Positions 10,692-21,595 of a stretch of 64,000 nt of DNA are shown piece by piece. Below the pieces are notes generated by a model. That model was not told the DNA's origin. It saw nothing but the letters and a program-made list of their open reading frames with translations, and ran no database searches. This DNA comes from Calditrichia bacterium (GTDB lineage Bacteria > Calditrichota > Calditrichia > JAJRVZ01): positions 384,001 through 448,000 of the forward strand of contig CAWCNS010000005.1 of NCBI GenBank assembly GCA_963796965.1, given 5' to 3'. Both the position numbers and the translations under genes were made by a program. How positions within the stretch are numbered: position 1 is the first letter of the stretch; every line of letters begins with the position of its first letter.

Positions 10692-12086
10692 TTAAAATAA
10701 AATATAAGGTATCTGGAAAACACAAAAATATCCGAATACGAGGAACGAAATTAAGAGGAAAACAGCCAAACTCCAGTGAGGTCTAATTATTTTGTAAATC
10801 TCTTTTGGAAACATTCTGGGTAATACCCAAAAAAGACCAACGGCAACCCATATGGCCTGAAATGGTGTTAACAACAAACCATCTAATATGGCGCCCATCT
10901 TAACTAAAAAGACGGGTTTGAATCCCAGAGTGAAGACAATAACAATGTTGGTAATAAAGAAGAGTACTAAAAATATTCTGTATTGGGCTTTCCATTCAAA
11001 TTTTTTCTGAAATGCAGGGATACAGATCCTAAAAGTATCCGCCAGAAGTCTCGGCCAGCCTGCCAATTGGGCCAGAAGCGTACCAATAAGCGCGACAGCA
11101 CCGGTGATAATAAAAAGAGTTCCTCCAACCACTCCCCATTGTGTCGAAAATATCGTAGAAAGTGATACGACAACATCTGCACCTTCTGGTGCTAACTCAT
11201 TTGGTCTTAAAATACCAGCGCCTGCTATGAGAAAACTAAGGGTTACAATAATGGTTATCACCATGGCAGTTGTAGCATCTACATTGATGACACGCGTCCA
11301 ACCCTTAACCTTTACCGCATCCTCCTGACTCAGATTATTGAGCATTTCAAGATTGGCCGATTTGCCAAAAACACCTGCTTTGTTTATGCCATACCCTGCA
11401 CCAATCACCCAATAAGAATACCAAACCTGGCTGGCAAACCCTCCGGCCGCCCAACCCATTAACGGTAATATTTCCCGCCAGGGATTCGGATTAATTCCCG
11501 CCTTATCAATCGCCCAGGCTGGAACCTCAGGAATATTAAACATAAAACCTTGTAAAAATCCTGCCAGATCCGGCATTACCGTTCCGGCAACATACAAGAC
11601 ACCGAGAATTATAATGAGTACCAGAAAGCTCATAATCATTCTTAATAAATTAAATCCTCCTGACCAGGCTACAAAAAGGGCAAATAAAGATATCACCCAT
11701 CCTGCCAATTGAGCGGAAAGAGGCAAAAGGTGATGAAGGAAGATTCCTGCAGCCGTGGCGATGGAACCGATGGCAATTGCCGCGCTGATTAGTTGTACAA
11801 CCAACACGATCCAAACGACCCAGTTCTTTGGACCCGGTATACGGGCGAACATATCAATCATTCCTTCACCCGTACAAACAGCATATCGTGCACCACCAAG
11901 CCCGATCACAAACTTAAGGAAAATGCCAATAATGATCGCCCACATGACACCAGTACCAAGAATGGCGCCTACCCGCGTGGTCAAAATCACTTCTCCCGAC
12001 CCAATCATCTCTGAACACCAGACCAAGCCCGGTCCGATAAGAGCAAGAACGGCAATGCCTTTTGGTGGTTTTTTTATATCAGTCAT
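10692..12086 (-). CDS. Nramp/APC-fold membrane transporter
   Basis: LIGPGLVWCSEMIGSGEVILTTRVGAILG, multiple TM helices, YSYWV motif. Start taken at MTDIKK because the ORF-track extension runs into a repeat. Confidence 0.8.
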   Translation of the reverse strand: MTDIKKPPKGIAVLALIGPGLVWCSEMIGSGEVILTTRVGAILGTGVMWAIIIGIFLKFVIGLGGARYAVCTGEGMIDMFARIPGPKNWVVWIVLVVQLISAAIAIGSIATAAGIFLHHLLPLSAQLAGWVISLFALFVAWSGGFNLLRMIMSFLVLIIILGVLYVAGTVMPDLAGFLQGFMFNIPEVPAWAIDKAGINPNPWREILPLMGWAAGGFASQVWYSYWVIGAGYGINKAGVFGKSANLEMLNNLSQEDAVKVKGWTRVINVDATTAMVITIIVTLSFLIAGAGILRPNELAPEGADVVVSLSTIFSTQWGVVGGTLFIITGAVALIGTLLAQLAGWPRLLADTFRICIPAFQKKFEWKAQYRIFLVLFFITNIVIVFTLGFKPVFLVKMGAILDGLLLTPFQAIWVAVGLFWVLPRMFPKEIYKIIRPHWSLAVFLLISFLVFGYFCVFQIPYILF

Positions 12087-12265
12087 GTTATCAATCGTTC
12101 TCCTTGTCAATAAATAAAAATTTGATACGGGATGTTGGTGTCTCGGTACTTGGTTCTCGGTTTGGGTACGGTGGACACAATTGGACATTGATGAATCGGT
12201 GGAAACATAGCGACCCGACGGGATCCGCCCCTACATAAAATTGACTATTGAATGTTCCGTGTTGA

Positions 12266-13833
12266 TTATTGAATATTTAATATATGCCCGGCATTTACTT
12301 TTTCATAGGACTGTGATAATTCTTTTACTCTTTGTGGATATTGTTCAGCTAAATTTTCCAATTCCGTTGGATCTTCAATAATATTATACAATTCCCAGGG
12401 GCCATTATTGACTCTTACAATTTTATAATCTCCTTTCCTGAACATCCTAAATTTTTCCATTCCGGAAATAAAATATTCAGGTACAGCACGATGTTTCCCC
12501 TGAAAAACAGGGAGTAAAGATTTTCCATGATAGGGTATCGTAGAGACGCCGTTTATAGAATCAGGATAAGATAAATTCAATACATCAAGAAAAGTCGGTG
12601 CAATATCAACGACATGGCCAGGCTGGTCTGTAATTGAACCAGGCTCAACAACCCCTGGCCAATAAACAATAAATGGGGTATGACTTCCTCCCTCATGGCC
12701 AAACTGTTTATATTGCCGATACGGCGTATTTCCCAAATTTGCCCAGGTGGCGCGTAGACTCCAATAGGAATTTGCCGGCCCCGGAGGTACATCCTTAACC
12801 CTATTTGTATAATAGGGGCAAGAACCATTATCAATAAGGAATATCACCAATGTATTTTCCAATTTTCCATTTTCTTCAAGTTTCCGGAGCACCCTGCCAA
12901 TATTTTGATCCATACGGTCTACCATTGCCGCAAAAACTGACATCTCTAAATCAAGGGAATCTTTGCGGATATCTGATAAACTCTCCCATTCATAGTAATT
13001 TACATAGTTGGCTGTTAGCGGTCCTCTGTATTTATTAAGATTTCCTTCCGGTGGGCTTAGCTTTGCGTTTTTAGGCAGGACACCCAATTTCTGCATTCTT
13101 TTAAAACGCTCTTTTCTTAGTTTATCCCAGCCCTTTAAATATCTTCCTCTATATTTTGCGATATCCTCAGGTCTGGCCTGTAAAGGAAAATGTGCAGCGT
13201 GAAAGGGTAGATAAAGAAAAAACGGTCCCTCTTTTTCAAAGGCCTGATCCAGCCATTTTAAAGCATAATCCGTAATAAAATCTGTCTTGTACATGGGAGA
13301 TTTATCATATTCGATTTCATCAGCAGTTATCTCCCTGCCTTCAAGATAAAATGGCCGCTGAAATTTACCTGAGGGAGGCAAAAAATATTCTGTGGTTGCC
13401 CAAAAATAAAATGAATGATCAAAGACATTTTCAGCCTTGCAATAATCCGGTATCCATTTGTCAAAATGCTCCTTACCGCTCATAATATTATAGTATCCGG
13501 CCTCTTTGGTCAATTCGGCAATATGAACGGCACCCGGGCCTCCTTTATAGAGTCCGGTAAGCAGTGAAGAGCGTGTAGGATTGCACTTTGCCATATTATA
13601 AAAGGTCTTAAATCTCAGATCCTTCCTTCGCTAACCGGTCAATATTTGGTGTTTGGATTTCCCCGCCATAGCATCCAATATCAGAGATCCCTACATCATC
13701 AGCCATAATCAGGATGATATTTGGATTTCTTTAGGAGCTGATCAGTAACATTACAACCGGGTAAGACCATGAATAATAGTAGATTGCCAATTACAAGCAG
13801 AAAAATTGGAGTAAGTGATTTCATATATTTCAT
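12266..13833 (-). CDS. S1 arylsulfatase (N-terminal frameshifts)
   Basis: [17 protein letters not shown] and HEGG motifs. The upstream frame gives [32 protein letters not shown], and a signal peptide starts near 13833. Confidence 0.88.
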
Positions 13834-13991
13834 ACCTTTATGAATAACTTTCGTTTAATCCAATAGATTCCCAGCATAGTCGATTAAGCTCTAATATATT
13901 GTCATCCTGCAGGGATCTTCCTTCGTTTCTATGTGGCTATCGAATATTCAATTTAATCTTATCTGACAAGACAGTAATCATCAGAATAATA

Positions 13992-15473
13992 TTAAAAGAT
14001 GCCCTTATTGTTATTTTTTGCAGCGTTTAAAGATGCGCCAGGCATTTCGCCCCGTACGCCATGCTGATAGGTCCTTATATAACCCGGCTCCATCAGATAC
14101 CAATCCTTGGTAAGATTGTCCGGAATATTATCACCCGTTACTTCCATCCATTTTATTAAGATCGTTCGCATCTCAAATAAGGCAGATTGATATTCTGGAA
14201 CTGAAACAACATTCAGCAATTGAAGTGAATCATGACGACAATCATATAATTCCTCCCGGGGTCTTGGTGCCATAAAATAATCAGCTTGTATAGCAGTAAG
14301 ATTCCCTTGAGCTTGCAGCGATTTTAGTTCTTTATATGATGGACTTCCTATAGCATCGGCAGGTCCCAGTTGAGGGTGATTCGGTCTTGAATTGCGTATA
14401 TACATAAAATATTTATTGCGTACCATGCGTTCGTGGGCTTCATAATCGTGCCAATTATGTTCAGCGAAAACATGATTTCTGAATGGCTCGTCAGGATTGG
14501 TCAGGAGTTGTTCAAAACTATATCCCTGAAATGCTTCCGGCACTTCAATTCCGGCACATTTTAATATGGTGGGTGCGATATCAATCACACTAACAAGACT
14601 CTTACAAATCTTACCACTTGCTTTAATTTTATCAGGCCAGTAAACAACAAAAGGCGTTTTCATCCCCCTATCATTAACGCGGGTTTTACTTTGAGGGAAC
14701 GGCCTTCCGTTGTCGGCCATTATAATAATGATTGTATTATCAAGAACCCCTTGCTCTTTTACCTCATTGATCACTTCACCAACATAATAGTCAAACCTTT
14801 TCACCTCATCGTAATACTGAGCAAAATCTTTTCTGGTCGCTTCTCCATCGGCTAAATAAAATGGAGGTGTGATGTTTTTTGGATCATGGGTACCACTAAA
14901 TTGGTTTGGCCCCCAATTACGATGGGCATCTCTTGAGGCTAACCACAAAAAGAATGGCTTGTTTCTCGGCCTTTCACGGAGTATTTTCACCCAGTTCTTT
15001 TGACCACCATCTCCTATATCCGATCCTTTTAAATCCATCACGTCGAAACCTCTTTCGGCGTATTTTCCCATATGGAATTTGCCCGCCTGCCCGCTATAAT
15101 AATCATGCCTTCGTAATACTTCCGGAAAGGAGATCATCTCAATTGGTGGTTGGGTATGCAATTCTGCAGCCCCTGTATTGTGTGGATAACGACCGGTTAT
15201 AATGCTATTTCTACTTGGGCTACAGGAACTGGCGGTGAGGTAGACATTGGTAAATCTGATTCCCATTGTCGCGAGCTTGTCAATATTTGGTGTTTTAACA
15301 TCGGTATTACCATAGCACCCGAAGTCATCCCAGCTGATATCATCAGCAATAAAAATGACAAAATTGGGTTTTATATCTTGCCCGAAAATATGCATCCCCA
15401 ATGACACATATATCAAAAAGAAAAAAACCGTCTTATGGAATATTTTACTACTCATTTTTATTGAACGATTCAT
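13992..15473 (-). CDS. S1 sulfatase, N-sulfoglucosamine sulfohydrolase (sulfamidase)-like
   Basis: IADDISW, CSPSR, DAHR, ADNGRPFP and EHNWHD motifs. The subfamily is an inference from motif memory. Confidence 0.85.
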   Translation of the reverse strand: MNRSIKMSSKIFHKTVFFFLIYVSLGMHIFGQDIKPNFVIFIADDISWDDFGCYGNTDVKTPNIDKLATMGIRFTNVYLTASSCSPSRNSIITGRYPHNTGAAELHTQPPIEMISFPEVLRRHDYYSGQAGKFHMGKYAERGFDVMDLKGSDIGDGGQKNWVKILRERPRNKPFFLWLASRDAHRNWGPNQFSGTHDPKNITPPFYLADGEATRKDFAQYYDEVKRFDYYVGEVINEVKEQGVLDNTIIIIMADNGRPFPQSKTRVNDRGMKTPFVVYWPDKIKASGKICKSLVSVIDIAPTILKCAGIEVPEAFQGYSFEQLLTNPDEPFRNHVFAEHNWHDYEAHERMVRNKYFMYIRNSRPNHPQLGPADAIGSPSYKELKSLQAQGNLTAIQADYFMAPRPREELYDCRHDSLQLLNVVSVPEYQSALFEMRTILIKWMEVTGDNIPDNLTKDWYLMEPGYIRTYQHGVRGEMPGASLNAAKNNNKGIF

Positions 15474-15657
15474 TAACGTTAACCAGTTATCTTATATTTT
15501 TTAGCATGAGTGTCCTGTTTAAACTGTCAGACAAAAAACTCATCCCAACCCCTTCTCTTTCTTCGACTCCACTCAAGATGACGAGAAGGGGCCAAATTAC
15601 AAGATATATGATAATAGATCTCTATATCTTAAACGAACACTTTTGATTTTTTTAGGT

Positions 15658-17223
15658 TTAATCAATAAATCCGATTTGTTTCCATTCTTTTTCAGCCGGA
15701 TCATTTTTTTGACGAATTCCTGGCGTGCTTCGCCCCTCAGTTATATATTTTATTAATAAGGATTTTAATTCATTCACAACAGCCCGGTTTGTATCTTGTA
15801 TATTTTTCGTTTCACCCGGATCGGATTTCAAATTGTATAACTGGATTTCAGGTAAGGATGCAATTGATAATTTATCATTAGGTTTTGGGAAACTCCATCC
15901 ACCAGAGCCCGGGCACATAATAAGTTTCCATTCTCCTTTTCTTATGGCAAAACTGCCATTTATTGAGTGGTGCACCGTTGCTTCCCTTTTGGGGTTCTCG
16001 GAAGATTTCTGCTCTAACAAAGGGAGTATACTATAGCTGTCCTCCCCTTCATTATCCAACAGGGAATACCCGACAATATCAGCACAGGTTGCCATAAAGT
16101 CGGTTGTACAAATCGTCTCTCCAGAGATTAGCCCTTTCGCAATTTTGTCGGGCCACCTGGCAATAAAGGGAACCCTGTGACCTCCTTCAAAGATATCTGC
16201 TTTATGTCCTCTAAAAATATAACTGGGATGATGTCCTTTCTCTATTAATTCATCTATTTTTGCTGCTGGTGAACAGCCATTATCACTGGTAAAAATGATC
16301 AATGTATTTGCTTCAATTCCTTCTGTCTTTACAACATCCATTAATTGTCCCATATAATCATCTATCATCATAACAAAATCACCATAAGGATTTAATTTGC
16401 TTTTATCCTGCCATTCACTTGTTGGCAATATTGGCGTATGAGGAGAAGGCAGAGCCAGGTAGAGAAAAAAAGGTGATTCTTTCCCAGACCTTCGCTTTAT
16501 TAATGATATGGCCCTTCTGAAAAAATTTGGTGTTACATCTTCGTGTATAAAATCACTTGAAGTAGGCCCCTCCCGCCACCATGAGTATTTTCCTTTATTT
16601 ACAGTTATGGTATCCGGCACCATTGTGATCAAATTGTTTTCAACATAAACATAGGGAGCCATATCCAAAGATCCGGAATGACCATAAGCATAAGTAAAGC
16701 CGAGATCATTCGGTGAATTTTTCACCGGCTTCGAAAAATCTATCTGGCTAAAATCTGCGGCATCCCAGCCATCGCCCCCAAATTCTTTTGTATCTTTTAA
16801 AGCCCAATCCCAGCCCAAATGCCATTTTCCGATAAATGCTGTATAATAACCATGCCGTTGTAAAATGGAAGCAACAGTAGGTCTACTTGATGGAATTAGA
16901 GATTTCGATTTTCCAGTCAATACACCACTTTTAAGTTTGCTTCTCCAGTTATATCTACCCGTAAGAATTCCATACCTGGTCGGTGTACAGACGGAAGATG
17001 ACGTATGCGCATCAATAAACCGGATACCGGCAGCTGCCATATTATCTAAATTAGGCGTATGAATCTTACTTTTCTCATTATAGGACGAAAGATCTCCATA
17101 TCCCAAATCATCCGCCAGTACATATATAATATTTGGATAATTAAGACGACTTCTGTCTTCTGAACAACCAAGAGAAAAAAGAAAAATACTCAGACCGGAT
17201 GCTATAAGAATGATCTTTTTCAT
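15658..17223 (-). CDS. S1 arylsulfatase lipoprotein
   Basis: SLGC lipobox; LADDLGYGD, CTPTR, GKWHLG, SPHTP, SDNG and EGGHRVP. Confidence 0.92.
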   Translation of the reverse strand: MKKIILIASGLSIFLFSLGCSEDRSRLNYPNIIYVLADDLGYGDLSSYNEKSKIHTPNLDNMAAAGIRFIDAHTSSSVCTPTRYGILTGRYNWRSKLKSGVLTGKSKSLIPSSRPTVASILQRHGYYTAFIGKWHLGWDWALKDTKEFGGDGWDAADFSQIDFSKPVKNSPNDLGFTYAYGHSGSLDMAPYVYVENNLITMVPDTITVNKGKYSWWREGPTSSDFIHEDVTPNFFRRAISLIKRRSGKESPFFLYLALPSPHTPILPTSEWQDKSKLNPYGDFVMMIDDYMGQLMDVVKTEGIEANTLIIFTSDNGCSPAAKIDELIEKGHHPSYIFRGHKADIFEGGHRVPFIARWPDKIAKGLISGETICTTDFMATCADIVGYSLLDNEGEDSYSILPLLEQKSSENPKREATVHHSINGSFAIRKGEWKLIMCPGSGGWSFPKPNDKLSIASLPEIQLYNLKSDPGETKNIQDTNRAVVNELKSLLIKYITEGRSTPGIRQKNDPAEKEWKQIGFID

Positions 17224-17293
17224 TTACAAACCTTTGATTTTACTTATCCCAGAGCAAGTGCAATATTGCATGTAATAAGAAAGAATTTAATTA

Positions 17294-18418
17294 TTAATCT
17301 TCGCCCAAAAGGAATCGGATACATACCGGTTTTGAAAGAGCGATCATGGAGCTTGTTGAGGTGAGTTTTCCGGTTTTTTGATCAATTTTAAAAACGATAA
17401 CTGTATCGTTTCCCTGGTTGGCAACCAGACAAAATTTGCCAGTAGGATCAATATTAAAATTTCGTGGTGTATCAATCCCTTTTGTAGCAAATCCAGACAA
17501 TGTCAGATGTCCATTATCAGGATTTATCTGATATAGGACAATGCTGTTGTGTCCCCGGTTCGAGCCATAAAGAAATCTCCCTGAAGGATGGACACGGACT
17601 TCGGCGCATTTATTGTATGCTGTATAATCTTTTGGAAGCGTCGTAATTGTTTGGACCGGTGACAATGCCCCCGTATTCTTTTCATATTTGAAAGTGGTCA
17701 TTGTACCATTGAGTTCATTGATAACATAAGCATAGCGGCCATTTGGATGAAATGTAAAGTGCCGTGGGCCGGCACCAGGATCTAATTTCACAAAAGCCGG
17801 CTCATTTGGACTGAGGGTCCCTTTACTAATATCGAGTTTATAGATCATTATTTTATCGATTCCTAAATCGGCCACAAAAGCAAATCGATCGTCGGGGCTA
17901 ACATTGATGGAGTGCGCATGGGGTCCTTTTTGTCTATCCGGATTTATACTTGAACCCGTATGCTGTACAAACCCAGAAGGCTCTGATAAGAGACCATCTC
18001 TCTGAAGAGGCGTAACACCGGCACTGCCAGTCGTATAATTAGCCACCAGGAGATTCTTGCCGGCATGATCAATACTAAGGTGGCACGGTCCTCTACCCTG
18101 CGAAGACTGTTTATTTAAAAATATAAGGTCACCTGTGTCTGCATCAATAAAATACGCATTCAAGCCTCCTGATCCCCATGCCTCTCCCACAGCATATAGG
18201 ACTTTACCATTTGGATGGATCTCGATAAATGAGGGATTTTCTACTTCTGAAACTAAAAATGGATCGTTTAGAACACCTGTTTCCAGATCCAACCAACTGG
18301 CATAAATTCCTTTACTGGCACTTTCTCCACCCGTATAGGTACCGAAATAAACCAATATCTTTTCGGCTGAAGCAAAATTGACCAAAATAAATATGCATGA
18401 CAAAATAGTACGTAACAT
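17294..18418 (-). CDS. pgl: 6-phosphogluconolactonase / lactonase, 7-bladed beta-propeller
   Basis: YFGTYT, GPCHLS, VANY, RQKGPHAH, ADLGID, GAGPRH, SNRGHNS and PRNF motifs. Confidence 0.88.
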   Translation of the reverse strand: MLRTILSCIFILVNFASAEKILVYFGTYTGGESASKGIYASWLDLETGVLNDPFLVSEVENPSFIEIHPNGKVLYAVGEAWGSGGLNAYFIDADTGDLIFLNKQSSQGRGPCHLSIDHAGKNLLVANYTTGSAGVTPLQRDGLLSEPSGFVQHTGSSINPDRQKGPHAHSINVSPDDRFAFVADLGIDKIMIYKLDISKGTLSPNEPAFVKLDPGAGPRHFTFHPNGRYAYVINELNGTMTTFKYEKNTGALSPVQTITTLPKDYTAYNKCAEVRVHPSGRFLYGSNRGHNSIVLYQINPDNGHLTLSGFATKGIDTPRNFNIDPTGKFCLVANQGNDTVIVFKIDQKTGKLTSTSSMIALSKPVCIRFLLGED

Positions 18419-18519
18419 TTAATTGTCTCCTATTTTTTTCTCTTTTCCCTCTTCGCTCTTTTCTCTTCTTTTCAGTTATACAACCATCTCTCAAATTTGA
18501 CAGGTTGTATGTCTAAAAA

Positions 18520-19657
18520 TTACTTTTCATAAACCACGTGACCGGATTTGACAGTCGTTTGAATCTCAATCTTGTCTTTATTATAGGCAAATAAAATCAG
18601 ATCAGCCCTTTTTCCTTCTTTGATCTCCCCAATATTGTCAAAATTTAAAAGGGTCGCTGGATTTATTGTGGCCATATCGATGGCCTCTTTTAATAGACAA
18701 CCTCCCATACAGATCATATTTGTAATGCCCTTAAATAATGGCAATGAGGCGCCGGCTAACCATTTTTCACCCGGCAGACTCACCTTGCCATTATTATGAA
18801 TTTGTATCGATTGGCCCTGCCAGGTATATATTCCGGGGGGTCTTCCAGAGAGATAGGTCAAATCGGAGATCAGGATCAGTTGATCAACACCTTTGGCACG
18901 GAAGAAAACTTTCAATTCCTCTAATGTAAGATGGAAACCATCAGCTATAATACTTGCATAAAGTTCATCAGCGGCCAACTGCGGCCAAATAGGGTTTAAA
19001 TGTCGATCCATGGGAGAGACCGCTGCATTGCCAAGATGGGTAGACAAACGGGCGCCAGCTCTTATTGCTTCCTCAATTGTATCAACATCCGCATTATGAT
19101 GACCCAGGGCGACAGTAATATCAAATTCCCGTGCTTTTCTGATCATCTCCATCGCACCATTTCTTTCCGGGGCAAGTGTGATCAATTTTATTCTTCCCGC
19201 TGCAGCGCTTTCAAATTCCAAAAACTCGATCCAATCCGGATCTCTGAGCCATTCTTTATTGTGCGCTCCGCGTGGACCATCCAATTCTGATAAGTAAGGG
19301 CCTTCTAAATGAAACCCGGGAATCATTTCAGACACCAAGGGATCGGACTCTAATCCAGCTAATAAATTCAGATTTCGAAGCAATATATTCTGCGGTGCGG
19401 TAAATAATGTGGGCAGAAAACTGGTGACACCCTGTGCCTGCAGTTTGAGAATGATAGTATAAATATCCTCTATCTCTAAATCTGCTTCTGTAAATCCTAC
19501 CCCATCATATCCATTGACCTGAATATCAATCAAACCTGGAGCAATATAATAATCAGAATTCCCATTATCCGGCCGGGTAATTTTTTCAATCAGACCATCT
19601 TCAATCTCAATTCTGATTGGTTGGCTATCCTTATAATATATCCCTTACAATATTCAT
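18520..19657 (-). CDS. nagA: N-acetylglucosamine-6-phosphate deacetylase-like amidohydrolase (N-terminal frameshift)
   Basis: PGLIDIQVNG, GVTSFLPT, HLEGPY, TLAPE, THLGN, IADGFH, LISD, LAGA and GKRADL motifs. Confidence 0.85.
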
Positions 19658-19867
19658 AGCCATACGATTCCCATGATTATCGTGCTTGAAAAATCCTTGT
19701 TGTTATCTCGCAAAGACGTTAAGTCGCAAATAAAAAATTAAATATATTTTAAAACAGTAGAATTAAAATCCGAGGAAAATATACTTTAGCAGACCTTTGC
19801 GAAAGTAATAAATCCAGCTCAAGTTAATAACTTTGTGAACTTTGTGAATTCTTAGTGCTCTTTGTGT

Positions 19868-21171
19868 TTATCTTTTTTGAACTGGGTTGCTAAATTGAAT
19901 ATCTGCAAAGTCAAGCATTGCATTCCAATAATGAATATCCAATTGATGCTTGGTATCCCGCTGAAATTGTAACAATCTCCCTATCTCTGTTTTCCCAATG
20001 GAATCCACAACAAATCCCTCTCCAACAATACCCTTTTCGCCCAGGAACTCATATACCGGTGTAGCCGCTTTCATCCCTTCCAGGGCCAGATGGGGGGAGG
20101 CCCAGGTGTCCTTTAAACCAGCATCGTCCATGAGAGGACGCGGGGCGACCAGAGCAACTAAAAGGTGTTGATCAACGGGTAAACGGTTAACATCGTCATT
20201 AAACAATGTAAAATTATTATTGAACCAGTGAGGGAAAACATCATTAATGCGTTTTATTGTTTCATTTGGGTTCATACGGCTCAGGGCCATCCCCCCGGTT
20301 CCGGATTGATGAGGTACAACCAGATCTATCCTGTCATCCATGGCCGCAGCAAAGAGGGCTGTTTTGCCACGCCGGGACCAACCTGTAACACAAATGCGAT
20401 CTTTATCGATATCCGGATCTGATCTCAAAATAATCGACCACCCGATGCAACCCCCAGGCCCAGGCCGCAATGGTTCCCCAGCGGGTTAAACTATCACCTG
20501 GTGCATTTTTATATTTCGCATGGATACCATCCGTCCAGTCATGTTTATCCGGATCCATATCAGCGACAGCATAGGTGCCTACAGCATATCCGCGATTAAT
20601 TGAATTTTCGATAGCCCACACATGGGCTCTTTCGCCTCTTTTTGTATAATTTTCAGCTGCAACTTTCATGAACCCAATCCCTTTCAACGATAGTTATAGC
20701 ATCATTATCAACGAGCATATGATTACCACACTTATTTACGCCAATAAAGACCGGGGCAGGTCCCTTACTGATAGTTGGAACAAAAAGGGCCAGATTAATT
20801 TTATGCTCTGCCCCATCGGGCAGTAGCATATGAATAACAACTTCTTTGTAGGTCGCTTTACCGTCAAAAAAGTTTGGGTCCGTTTTGACGATCTCAAAGG
20901 TCATCTCTGGTGCAGGTGGGAGATATCCGAATACATAATGCTGAAAAAGTTTTTTTAATTCCGGACGGCGTTTACTATACCAATCCTCCTGAGTTTCAAT
21001 CCGTGTCCCATCGATCATGATAAATGGATCAGGTAATGTAAGTTGTTCAGGCAGGTCTTTAGCTGCCGGCAGTTCTTCAATTTCAGGCAACTGACCATTA
21101 CATGATAATAATAATACAATGAGAAAACTGAGAAATACTAAAGTTTTAATACTTTTTGTCCATGATTTCAT
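19868..21171 (-). CDS. CE15 glucuronoyl-esterase-like lipoprotein (three frameshifted pieces)
   Basis: LLSC lipobox; LPDPF, W..KRRPEL, WGTIAAWAWGLHRVVDY, GWSRRGK nucleophile motif, SGTGG, HWF and LPVDQHLLVALVAPRP. Confidence 0.85.
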
Positions 21172-21471
21172 CTTTTTATCTCCAGGTTAATTACATTGAA
21201 ATGTTAAAATTCTTAATATATTTTCCATTTTATTTAATAGTTTAGATGACTTAAAAAACACTACTTTGATAGGAGGGCACAATCTAATTCCCCCTTTGAA
21301 CGGTTGTTGCAGATTAGTTAATTATAACACAAGTTTGTACTTATTTTTTTCGAATAAGCAAAATCTATTCCCCCTTTGAAAGGGGGAATTAATAGGAAGT
21401 TCTTCTAAAAGTGCGGCCCTATCTATTTCTCACATATATTTACGCATCAAAAAAACTAAATAAAACATAAC

Positions 21472-21556
21472 TTGATTTTATATGTTGGTTTTACTACTTT
21501 TCAATTCACTCAATAGTAAAATAATAAGTTACGTGATATTAATCAATTCACTCAAT
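21472..21556 (+). promoter_or_regulatory. Putative sigma70-type promoter with an adjacent direct repeat
   Basis: TTGATT-17 nt-TACTTT (21472-21500). TCAATTCACTCAAT occurs exactly at 21501 and 21543. Confidence 0.45.
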
Positions 21557-21595
21557 TATTAATAATTCTTATTTTATCAAAGAAGGAATAAGTTA

